A stretch of 64,000 nucleotides of DNA from Pseudomonadota bacterium (GTDB lineage Bacteria; Myxococcota_A; Polyangia; Palsa-1104; JAEUJZ01). The notes under the pieces were generated by a model that was not told where the DNA came from, ran no database searches, and was given only the letters and a program-made list of their open reading frames with translations. The stretch is from the NCBI GenBank assembly GCA_035328405.1, contig DAOLIT010000012.1, positions 35 to 64,034 of the forward strand, given 5' to 3'. Below, in pieces: positions 42,270 to 51,155 of this stretch. Position 1 is the first letter of the stretch; the number at the start of each line of letters is the position of its first letter. Both the position numbers and the translations under genes were made by a program.

Positions 42270-42409
42270 AAACGATGCCCAGGAATACACACCAACACAG
42301 TGCTGCGGACGGGCTTAACTCCCGTCGGTAATAGACCGCGAGAGGTTCATGGGAAGACCCCGAAAAACTTGGCAATGTTCTTGCGATATCTCGCGTTCGG
42401 AGGCATTCC

Positions 42410-42595
42410 ATGAACCAAAAAACCAAGACCCGTTCCACGTTGACCCCGTCCGCATCCTTTGAACACCCGCGAAAAGGCACCACGTTGCGAAGCCGCGCAA
42501 TTTCCGAAACCGTGAATTTGAACACAGAGGATGACAACGGCCCGATCACACCACCGACGCGCGGAATCAAACCCACTCGGAAGTCCGCGCCGTAG
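42410..42595 (+). CDS. Small basic protein (61 aa), paralogous N-terminus to the ORF at 47843
   Basis: GGAGG 6 nt upstream of ATG. N-terminus MNQKTKTRS. Confidence 0.4.
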   Translation: MNQKTKTRSTLTPSASFEHPRKGTTLRSRAISETVNLNTEDDNGPITPPTRGIKPTRKSAP

Positions 42596-42684
42596 CCCCC
42601 CTTCGCATTCCCCTTCCTCGCTCCGCTCGCACCCCCAACTGTCTCTGTTCAATCAGCCCACCCGTCCGGCTGCGGAACAAAAAC

Positions 42685-44298
42685 CTAAAACAATTTGGGG
42701 TCCAGGTTTGAAAACAGGTTGTCTTTGTTTTCGCAGTCGGAAAGAAACGCCTCGTCGATCGATTCTGTTTCAATTTCCGTCGCGAGGCGCGTAAACCGGT
42801 GAAGATGCGTCCGCACGCGCATTTCGGCATACGCAACAGCCGTTCCGGTCTTCATGATGAATGCCCAGTCCGAAGACTGGGCCAGTAGCAACTCGCGACC
42901 CGCTTGCGCGAGCGCCCGAAAGAGCACCGACGGAACATCGCTTTCCAGGTGTAGACTCCCTCGGTGCTTTTCCACAAGTTCGTGAAGTCTTTTTTCGGCA
43001 TGGTGGACATGTCGATAAATCCAATCGTTGCTGTGATCGAGCCAAACTGCGGAATACCCTCCCTCGCCCCAGGATGAGGGTGCCGGATCACACACTGCAT
43101 TCACCGGGTTTTCCTGCAAATACCCGGACGCTGTTTGAAGCTGCACCGGGCTTTCAGACTGATCGAGCAAGCGCAGCACCTCGCCCAGAAACACGGGCCC
43201 CTCAAACCACCAATGGCCAAACAACTCGGCGTCATATGGCGAAACCACAACGGGCCGACGATCCATTCTTTGGGCCAACCAAGCCACCTGAGCCTGCCGC
43301 TTCGCCACAAAATCTTTCGCATGTGTGAGTGCCCGCTCCCGTGCCGCTCTCGGATCGTAGGGGGCCTTGTCCTGCAAGTCCACGCGAGGCCCTGTCACTC
43401 GATGGTATTTGTACCCCGTATACACCCGGATTCCGTCTGGATGAATAAAGGGAGCGATCTCGGAAAGGGGCCGGTCAAAACCGATGTCTCGGTAAAACTC
43501 ACGGTACATCTCATCGGCAGGATAGCCCTCGGTTTGGGACCACACTTGTTTGGAAGAAAGCAAATCCCTCCCGAATGCTGCGACCCCCGCACCCGTGAAA
43601 ATCGGCGCATGCAACCCAAGAGGAGGTCTGGGCCGCGCATACGTCAATCCATGCGCATCCAAAAAGAAATATCGCAGGTCCAGTTCAGAAAGGAGTTGGT
43701 CAATTCCATCTGTGTATCCGCATTCCGGCAACCACACCCCTTTCGGATACCGACCAAAACACTCGCGATAATTCCGCACCGCAATCAGCAACTGAGCCCG
43801 CCGCGCCGACGGCTCTCGCACCACCGGAAGGTAGGCGTGGGTCGCACACGTCGTGATGATTTCGAGAACGCCGCTCTCCTGAAGTGCCCCGAACGCGCCG
43901 ACCACATCCCCCCCTTTTGCATACCAAGAACTGCGGAGATCGGTAAAACGGGCCAGATAAAAGCGCACAAGTTCGGTCAAGTCTTCCGACCCCTTTGCCC
44001 GCGCAAGTTCCTGTTCCCCCAATCGAAGGAGTCGTTCCAGATAGGCCGCATACCGCTCGCAAAGGAGTTTGTCGCGAAGCATCGAACACAGCGTCGGCGA
44101 CAGTGAAATCGTCATCCGAGGACGAGATGAGGATTCCGAAAGGGGTTGTAATTCCGAAAGCAACGGCAAGTACGTTGCCGTGATCGCTTCGTACAGCCAA
44201 TTTTCCTCGAGGTGATAGGGATTTTCGGGGTGACGGACGTATGGAAGATGTGCATGCAAAAGCAGGAGCAAGTCACCCTGGCCCACACTCGACATCAC
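42685..44298 (-). CDS. Glycoside hydrolase family 57 1,4-alpha-glucan branching enzyme
   Basis: N-terminal LLLLHAHLPYVRHPE start typical of GH57. ~537 aa. Confidence 0.75.
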   Translation of the reverse strand: MMSSVGQGDLLLLLHAHLPYVRHPENPYHLEENWLYEAITATYLPLLSELQPLSESSSRPRMTISLSPTLCSMLRDKLLCERYAAYLERLLRLGEQELARAKGSEDLTELVRFYLARFTDLRSSWYAKGGDVVGAFGALQESGVLEIITTCATHAYLPVVREPSARRAQLLIAVRNYRECFGRYPKGVWLPECGYTDGIDQLLSELDLRYFFLDAHGLTYARPRPPLGLHAPIFTGAGVAAFGRDLLSSKQVWSQTEGYPADEMYREFYRDIGFDRPLSEIAPFIHPDGIRVYTGYKYHRVTGPRVDLQDKAPYDPRAARERALTHAKDFVAKRQAQVAWLAQRMDRRPVVVSPYDAELFGHWWFEGPVFLGEVLRLLDQSESPVQLQTASGYLQENPVNAVCDPAPSSWGEGGYSAVWLDHSNDWIYRHVHHAEKRLHELVEKHRGSLHLESDVPSVLFRALAQAGRELLLAQSSDWAFIMKTGTAVAYAEMRVRTHLHRFTRLATEIETESIDEAFLSDCENKDNLFSNLDPKLF

Positions 44299-46169
44299 AC
44301 ACCTCCGCTACTTTCCGCTTTATCACGCTTCGAAAAAACGTGGCTGCTCGATGCTCCACCCGATGAACCGGAAGACGGCTCTTCGACGATCCAGTGAGTC
44401 CCCTGAACCGGCAGCGCGGAGTGGGAGGGGGCCTTCCCAGATCTCCAAGGCAGCTCGCGTTCTTGGTGTTCAGATCGAGACATCACGATGTGTTCGCGTT
44501 GTTTCCCGTCGCCCATGCTCGGATGCACATGCGCCCACTCGACCGAGGCCTCCACCGCCGGATGCTGCGGTGGCAGACGCAACGCCTGCGATTGCGCAAC
44601 CGGAGCAAACAATCCTTCTGTGGACAACAAACCCACCGCAGCCCGGACATACGCCCCAGACTTGGGAGATTCAAGATATTTTTTTCCGTGATGCTGATGC
44701 AGCAACGTGTCCCGGATTTCGCGCTGTTCTCGAGCATGGGAAGACGACCCCTGCGTAGACACAAACACGCGCAAGACCAGTTTTCCTTCGTCTTCAGACA
44801 GACCCAATTGAGCCCGCGCTTGGGAGAGCCCCTGTTCCGTAACTTCCCAATAGATAAAGTAGGTCTGTGGATCTTTGGAAAACACCTCAACTTCGTCGCG
44901 ACCATAGATTGCAGGGAGCGCAGGTTCATGCCTCGTCCGCTCGGTCGATTCAGGGTGCGAAAGGCTCGCAATGTGACCTGTTTCGTTTTGCGGAAGACGG
45001 CTCACCGATGTCGATGACGTTCTCTCATCCGTCCGTGTGGGTGGAAAACCACTCGTGTTCCTGTCTTTTGTGTTTTCCATGGCAACTCCATCTTCGCTGC
45101 GAGCGGACCTTCCCCCCGTGATGTGCAGCGAAGTTCCCCCGGTTAGTTGTTTGACGGTGGCAATGTCACGCTGGATCTGTGCGACAAGATCTGCCACCTG
45201 GGAAAACCGTTGTTCGTCGCGCAGCCGAGTCAAAAAAACAAGACGCAGTTCCGTGCCATACAAGTGGTTCGGTCGCATTTCATCGGAAAGCAGAAGATGC
45301 GCCTCCACAACAAGCGGAGACCCACTGCCTGAGTCCTGACTCTGGAAGGTTGGATTATATCCAATGTTGACCGCAGCCGGATGCTTCGCCTGCACAGGAC
45401 GCACAGACTGATTGGCAGACTGATTGGCAGACAGATTGGCAGAGGTCGCCTCCGAAAGCAGTTCAGCCCACGCTGCATACACCCCCGGACGGAAGACCAC
45501 ATCCGAGTAAACTTCCAGATTTGCCGTCGGAACTGAGATCGTCCTCCCACGACCTTGACCTCTCACGACTCGTCCCTCGAGTTCAGGCAACCGGCCCAAC
45601 AGCAGGGCCGCCTGCTCGATGTTTCCCTCGGCCAGCGATTGACGAACCAGCGTCGAAGAGCACGCGACCCGCTTTCCATGTGCCAGATCCATGGAAACCG
45701 CAGACAACTGACAAACACTCGTGCCCAAAGGAGACAAACATGCGCGCAGAAGCTCTGCATCCCCCACACGGCCTCTCCCAAACCGAAAATCGTGGCCCAC
45801 AACAACCACGCGCGGCGGTGGCCCAGACAAAAGAATTTGCGAGACAAATTCCTCGGCTTCAAGTTGCGAAAAATGGGCATCAAAACGCTGCTCGACCACC
45901 ACCTGCGCACCTGCCTCGAAAAACAGTTCGCGTTTGCGCGTCGAATGCAGAAGCAAGCGCGGCGCCTGAGACCGAGAAAGAATCGCCGTCGGATGGGGCC
46001 AGAACGTCAGCACCACAACCAAGCCATTCGGTCCAATCAAACGGCGCGCCTCGTCTAGGAGTGCTCTGTGTCCTCGATGCACTCCATCGAAGTTGCCGAT
46101 CACCAACGCGAACGGCCCTGCACAAAAGGCAGAGGCCGCAAAGTCTCGGTAGCTAGCAAAAGTGGGCAT
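44295..46169 (-). CDS. ribF: Bifunctional riboflavin kinase/FMN adenylyltransferase RibF fused to a ~330-aa C-terminal extension of unknown function
   Basis: FAD-synthetase motif GNFDGVHRGH and riboflavin-kinase motif GRVVRGQGRGRTISVPTANLE. Followed by an ANLSANQSANQS linker and a Ser/Glu/His-rich C-terminal region with a YFIYWEV segment. Its stop overlaps the GH57 ATG. Confidence 0.75.
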   Translation of the reverse strand: MPTFASYRDFAASAFCAGPFALVIGNFDGVHRGHRALLDEARRLIGPNGLVVVLTFWPHPTAILSRSQAPRLLLHSTRKRELFFEAGAQVVVEQRFDAHFSQLEAEEFVSQILLSGPPPRVVVVGHDFRFGRGRVGDAELLRACLSPLGTSVCQLSAVSMDLAHGKRVACSSTLVRQSLAEGNIEQAALLLGRLPELEGRVVRGQGRGRTISVPTANLEVYSDVVFRPGVYAAWAELLSEATSANLSANQSANQSVRPVQAKHPAAVNIGYNPTFQSQDSGSGSPLVVEAHLLLSDEMRPNHLYGTELRLVFLTRLRDEQRFSQVADLVAQIQRDIATVKQLTGGTSLHITGGRSARSEDGVAMENTKDRNTSGFPPTRTDERTSSTSVSRLPQNETGHIASLSHPESTERTRHEPALPAIYGRDEVEVFSKDPQTYFIYWEVTEQGLSQARAQLGLSEDEGKLVLRVFVSTQGSSSHAREQREIRDTLLHQHHGKKYLESPKSGAYVRAAVGLLSTEGLFAPVAQSQALRLPPQHPAVEASVEWAHVHPSMGDGKQREHIVMSRSEHQERELPWRSGKAPSHSALPVQGTHWIVEEPSSGSSGGASSSHVFSKRDKAESSGGV

Positions 46170-46272
46170 CGTGAAGCATGGCGACCAAACCGCCGCGCGC
46201 CATATATCGCGGACCCGGTGGGAATGTCTAGGAGCATGACTGGATGTGCAGTGCGCGAACTGTAGGGAGAGG

Positions 46273-47643
46273 TCAGGCAGCCTTCTTTTTGGCTTTTCTC
46301 TGGTAGAACACGAAACCGCCCGCACCGAGGGCCACGAACACCAGCACCAGCAGAATCGGGCTGTGCGCGATGATCGACAAAATGATCGTCACAAGCGACA
46401 ACACAATCGCAATCGGCAGCGTCGCGATGCCGATCACCATGCGACCCGCCGAACCCAAAAACGGAACGATGTCCAGAAGTGCGTTCACCGGACCGAAAAA
46501 CAGATTCAACCCAAACCACATCATCAAAAAGCCGATCAGCCGCATGTACCAACCGATCTGCTTGTGTTCATCCGAAAGGGCCTGAATCGCCTCGTCCCGC
46601 GAACCCGGCACCACGCGCAACAGCGTCGCTTCTTTGTCCTTGTACGCTCGCACCGTCTCGCCATCCAGCACACCGAACAACGTCATGCTTTTGCTATCGG
46701 GCACCGTCGCTGAAAAACTCACGCGAACATCGCCAATGTCTGGCTGCTCCAGCGAACCGGTGCCTTGAAACAGATACTGATCGTTTACCAATTTGAAGTC
46801 GTCCGGCTTCGACGCCGTGATCAGAGCCGCACGTTGTTCAGCACGGTTCACATCCGCCGCTGTCGGAGTCGGTCGAGGCTTTTTCACCAACCTCCCTTTT
46901 CGCTTCTTCTTTTTGTCCGCTTTCTTCGGCTGTGCGTCGCTGGCTTCTTCCCCGTCCGTCTTGTTCACAGCTTTGCCCGCCGTGTCCTCACCGCTGCCTT
47001 CCGCCGGTTTTGCCTCGTCCGTTGCCGGTGCCGCCTCTGCTTTCGGCTCGTTTTTCTTCTTCACCATGTCCGGCGTAAGTTTCACCGCAGTCGCGACTGG
47101 CAAGCTCGCATCTGCAACCGAAAATGGATAGGCCGCGACCTTCGCCGTTTTCGCCGAGAAACTCTCGCTTTTGATTCGCAAAGGCGGGTTCGCATGCCCT
47201 TTTGGATGTTCCATTTCGTTCGGACGTTTGGGGTTGCTCGACCACTCCTTGGTGTACGTCACCGTGCGCTCAGTCCGCGAACCACCCCCAACCTTCTTCT
47301 CCGTCGAGCTTTTGACGTGTTCAACCCAAGCGAACATTTCGACGTTGCGATGCAGCCGCAAATAGCTTCCCGGCTCGAGCAAGTCTGGGTCCCCCACTTT
47401 TTCATCCGTCGCGAGCGGACCAGTTACTGAAATGAACTTGCCATTCCATTTGCTGTCCACCCGCTCCGGACTGGCAACAGATGATTTCTTCGCGACCGCC
47501 GAAAGGTCCGCCCTCCCCTCGTTCCACCACAGAACGACAAAGGACAGAATGAACAACAACGCCCCCGAGGCAACCCCCTTGATGGAAGCCATCAAGTTGT
47601 CGCCCAAACCGCGTTCTTCTACGGAAGTAAACTGATCAGCCAT
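46273..47643 (-). CDS. TMEM43/DUF1625-like membrane protein with an internal Lys/Glu/Ala-rich low-complexity region
   Basis: N-terminal TM followed by WNEGR. C-terminal cluster of 3-4 TM helices. Confidence 0.4.
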   Translation of the reverse strand: MADQFTSVEERGLGDNLMASIKGVASGALLFILSFVVLWWNEGRADLSAVAKKSSVASPERVDSKWNGKFISVTGPLATDEKVGDPDLLEPGSYLRLHRNVEMFAWVEHVKSSTEKKVGGGSRTERTVTYTKEWSSNPKRPNEMEHPKGHANPPLRIKSESFSAKTAKVAAYPFSVADASLPVATAVKLTPDMVKKKNEPKAEAAPATDEAKPAEGSGEDTAGKAVNKTDGEEASDAQPKKADKKKKRKGRLVKKPRPTPTAADVNRAEQRAALITASKPDDFKLVNDQYLFQGTGSLEQPDIGDVRVSFSATVPDSKSMTLFGVLDGETVRAYKDKEATLLRVVPGSRDEAIQALSDEHKQIGWYMRLIGFLMMWFGLNLFFGPVNALLDIVPFLGSAGRMVIGIATLPIAIVLSLVTIILSIIAHSPILLVLVFVALGAGGFVFYQRKAKKKAA

Positions 47644-47842
47644 GAGTCCCTCGACGAAAAATGTGAAGCCCGGCACCAAACCAGGGTGACAAGGTTATCA
47701 CAACGAAGTGTCTTCATTGGAACACTTGTTAGAAGTCGTTGGCCTTCCGCAGCCGGTCTTCCTGCAAACAAGGGGTGCTCCGATTCTTTTTGTTGTGTTA
47801 TCGTAATAGAAACAAACATTTTCTCACACGGAGAGACAAGCC

Positions 47843-48055
47843 ATGACGCGCAAAAACATGAACCCAAAGACCAGAACCCGAAGCTGCTCGATGGTTTCTT
47901 TTGCCGCCCAGACGAAGACAGAAGACGCCTTTCTGCGACTCGAATTGCCGTCTCCTGCTGCATGTTTTCCGTCGGAACACGAAAAATTCCCAGAAGCCAA
48001 AGCCAACGGCTCCTGCGTCATTGTCTTGTCTCTGTCGGACGACCAAGACGCATAA
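47843..48055 (+). CDS. Small protein (70 aa) with an N-terminus paralogous to the ORF at 42410
   Basis: GGAGAGA upstream of ATG. Internal MNPKTRTRS. Confidence 0.35.
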   Translation: MTRKNMNPKTRTRSCSMVSFAAQTKTEDAFLRLELPSPAACFPSEHEKFPEAKANGSCVIVLSLSDDQDA

Positions 48056-48187
48056 CTTCAAGTCCCCCAAAACACACCCCAACACACCCGCCCCCCTCTT
48101 CCAGCAGATGTAGTTCAGAACACCAACATTTCAGAGACTTTTCGCCCCCATTTGTGGGTGCAAGCCTCTAGAAATGAGGCATTTCAT

Positions 48188-49603
48188 CTACTTCATATGC
48201 AGATCCGCATCGATTTTGTGGTCTTTGGTTTCGTGGATGTAAAGGCTGCCAACGATGAGGGTGAGGACACAGACTGCGATGGGATAGAGCAAACCTGTAT
48301 ACATGGAACCACTCCCAAAGGTCTGCTTGGACCATGCAGAGGCTGTCACTGCCGTTGCAATCAGGGGCAGGAATCCTCCGAACCAGCCGTTCCCAAGGTG
48401 ATAGGGAATCGACATCGATGTGTATCGAATTTTGGTTGGGAAGAGCTCAACCAAAAACGCCGCAATGGGTCCGTATACCATGCACACGTACACCATCTGA
48501 ATCGACAAAAGGAGTACCAGCATCACCGAATTGATTTGCGCGGGGTCTGCGACAGGGAGCCCATTCGGATTGGAATAGTGTCGCATCGCCATGTAAATCG
48601 GGACATACGTGAGCGCTGCCAAGAGACACCCGGTCATCATCAGTTTCTTCCGCCCGATGCGATCAGACAACCAGCCGAACAGAACGAACAAGGGAGTCGT
48701 CAACGCAAGGGAGGTCGAAACCAACACGTACGCGGTTTTCCAAGGAACTTTGAGGGCACTCTGAAGAAACGTCAGGGCGTAAAATTGTCCCGTGTACCAG
48801 ACCACTCCCTGACCGGCGGTCGCGCCAAACAGAGCCAGAAGGACATACCGCAGATTGACTGGGTTTGTGAAACTCTCTTTGAGCGGATTCACCGACGATT
48901 TGCCCTCGCTCTTGAGTTTCGCAAAAAGGGGAGACTCCTTCATCTTGATTCGGATGTAAAGCGAGACCCCCAGAAGCACAAAGGACAGCAGAAAGGGAAT
49001 CCTCCAACCACTCTGTTTGAAACTTTCTTCGCCCAGCAAAATTCGGGTTGTTCCAATAACGCCCATGCTCAGGAAAAAGCCGAGCGTGGCAGTCGTCTGG
49101 ATGAAGCTTGTGTAGAACCCCCGTTTGTCATCCGGTACGTGTTCCGCGACATAGGTTGCGGCCCCCCCGTACTCCCCTCCCAGCGCCAAACCCTGCAAAA
49201 GCCGCGACAGAACCAAAAGGAGCGTCGCAAGGATTCCTGCCGTTTCATAAGTGGGCAGAACGCCGATGATGGCGGTGGACAGACCCATCGTCGCCATCGT
49301 TACCAGGAACGTGTACTTTCGACCGATCAGATCCCCGATGTGGCCAAACACCACAGCCCCCAAAGGCCGCACACCAAAACCCGCGCCAAACGTCGCCAAA
49401 CTGGCCAGCAACTGCGCCGTTTCATTTCCTTTTGGGAAAAACAAACCCCCGAAAAACACGGCCAAACTTCCGTACAGATAGAAGTCATACCACTCAAACA
49501 GGGTGCCCAAAGACGAAGCAAAAATCACCGGTCCCAGCCTCGATCTGTCCTCGTCGGAAGATGGTCCGTTGGGGGTTCCGCTCTTTTCAGGGGCCAATTC
49601 CAT
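48188..49603 (-). CDS. MFS transporter, metabolite:H+ symporter (MHS) type
   Basis: GDLIGRKYT motif, 12 TM segments. GGAG 8 nt upstream of ATG 49603. Confidence 0.8.
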   Translation of the reverse strand: MELAPEKSGTPNGPSSDEDRSRLGPVIFASSLGTLFEWYDFYLYGSLAVFFGGLFFPKGNETAQLLASLATFGAGFGVRPLGAVVFGHIGDLIGRKYTFLVTMATMGLSTAIIGVLPTYETAGILATLLLVLSRLLQGLALGGEYGGAATYVAEHVPDDKRGFYTSFIQTTATLGFFLSMGVIGTTRILLGEESFKQSGWRIPFLLSFVLLGVSLYIRIKMKESPLFAKLKSEGKSSVNPLKESFTNPVNLRYVLLALFGATAGQGVVWYTGQFYALTFLQSALKVPWKTAYVLVSTSLALTTPLFVLFGWLSDRIGRKKLMMTGCLLAALTYVPIYMAMRHYSNPNGLPVADPAQINSVMLVLLLSIQMVYVCMVYGPIAAFLVELFPTKIRYTSMSIPYHLGNGWFGGFLPLIATAVTASAWSKQTFGSGSMYTGLLYPIAVCVLTLIVGSLYIHETKDHKIDADLHMK

Positions 49604-50080
49604 GGTTTGTTCTCCGCAAAATCAGGTACACAGCCGCGTTTCCAGCGTGGTTTTTCTTGTCGATCAACTCACAACCCAAAACACAAGTCTTGGACAGACT
49701 ATCCCAAGTTGTATCGCGCTCCTACATACTTTTGCGTTGCTCGTTTCCGAACACCGGAATGGGTATGGGAATGCCCGGACAAACCCCCGGACAACTCACC
49801 CGGATCACTCACCCGGATCATTCAACAGAAGAACACAGAACCTCCTACTTGTGTGCTCCGTCACCTCTGCGTAGGTGGGAATCGACGGAACTGAGTCAAA
49901 AAGGGGAAAATATCTTCGGCAAACTGGCGAAGGAAAAAATGATTGTTGCTGGCTCAACCTCTTTGTTGAGATACTTGGACACGCTGGGCTGACAGTGTCT
50001 CGCTGGGGTGGACGCGGTAGGGGGAACAGATTGCTATCGAGGGCCCACACCGGATCTATCGCAACGTGGAGAGAGCCAAC

Positions 50081-50698
50081 ATGGAACTCCTAGATGATAC
50101 GCCGAACAACCGCATCCTGATCGTCGATGACAACGCCGCGATTCACGAAGACTTCCGCAAGATCCTGAATCCGAAAAACCTGGCCTCCTCTGCCGCTGTG
50201 GACGCACTGGCGCAGTCGCTGTTTGAAGAGGAGGGAACCAAGCTTGATGTGGCCGACCTGAATTTTGAGCTGCATCACGCAACGCAGGGAAAAGACGCGC
50301 TCGAGATGGTGAAAAAGGCGCTGGTTGCAGAGAAGCCGTTTGCGCTCGCCTTTGTCGATGTTCGGATGCCCCCTGGATGGAATGGTGTGGAGACAGTCGA
50401 GAAGATATGGGAACGGGATACAGAGATCGAAATCGTACTCTGTACCGCATATTCCGACTTCACCTGGGAAGAAATCCGACAGCGTTTGCGGAGTCCTGAC
50501 CGTTTGCTGATTTTGCGCAAGCCGTTCGACGCGATCGAGGTCCTTCAGCTCGCCTATTGCCTGACAAAAAAGTGGTTCTTGCGACGGCAAGCGGCTTGCC
50601 GAATGCAGGATCTGGAAATCATGGTCGAAGAGCGAATGAAAGAACTCGAACAGGCCAGGAAACAACTGGAAACTGCGGCGGCACGACAGAAGCGGTAG
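50081..50698 (+). CDS. Stand-alone response regulator receiver protein with a C-terminal coiled coil
   Basis: REC residues DD (ILIVDDN), phospho-acceptor FVDVRMP, T (LCTAYSD) and K (LRKPF). GGAGAGAG upstream of ATG 50081. Confidence 0.75.
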   Translation: MELLDDTPNNRILIVDDNAAIHEDFRKILNPKNLASSAAVDALAQSLFEEEGTKLDVADLNFELHHATQGKDALEMVKKALVAEKPFALAFVDVRMPPGWNGVETVEKIWERDTEIEIVLCTAYSDFTWEEIRQRLRSPDRLLILRKPFDAIEVLQLAYCLTKKWFLRRQAACRMQDLEIMVEERMKELEQARKQLETAAARQKR

Positions 50699-50762
50699 TG
50701 AAAAAGGCAGCAGGAATCGGAAGGCCGAAGTCAACGGATAGGAATCAAAGGGAGACACCGAA

Positions 50763-51155
50763 GTGAAACGCCTACGCGCACTCCTTTTGCGATCAGAATT
50801 TACGATCATCGCGACGCTTGTGTTTGCGGCGTTGTATTTTTGGCCGTTCGTCGCGTTCTCTCGTCCCGTTCGCGTATTCCGCTTTGTGTTCGTTGTCTGG
50901 CTGCTCCAAATCGGCGTGTCTTTTGTTCGGAGTGTGTTCGGTACAGATATAGGGGACAATGCAGATCGAGACGACGATGCTGCCTCCCAACCCGAAGGCG
51001 AATTCCTAGACGCAGAGGTTGAGCCGGTTTCCGAGATGAATCCGCCCCCCAACATCGCCACATCAGGGGCCCACGCAAAACTCGAAAGCAAAGAGAAGAC
51101 AGGACAAGTTGTGAGACCAAGCCCCGAACTTCTGACAAAAGGAGGTGCGTCTTGA
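50763..51155 (+). CDS. Small 2-TM membrane protein (DUF485/YjcH-like) preceding a solute:sodium symporter gene
   Basis: GTG start with AGGGAGA upstream. Two TM helices. Its stop overlaps the TTG start of the next gene. Confidence 0.5.
   Translation: MKRLRALLLRSEFTIIATLVFAALYFWPFVAFSRPVRVFRFVFVVWLLQIGVSFVRSVFGTDIGDNADRDDDAASQPEGEFLDAEVEPVSEMNPPPNIATSGAHAKLESKEKTGQVVRPSPELLTKGGAS

Noticed and set aside
43135-44106. 323-aa plus-strand ORF
   Set aside because: Antisense to the GH57 gene. Arg-rich.
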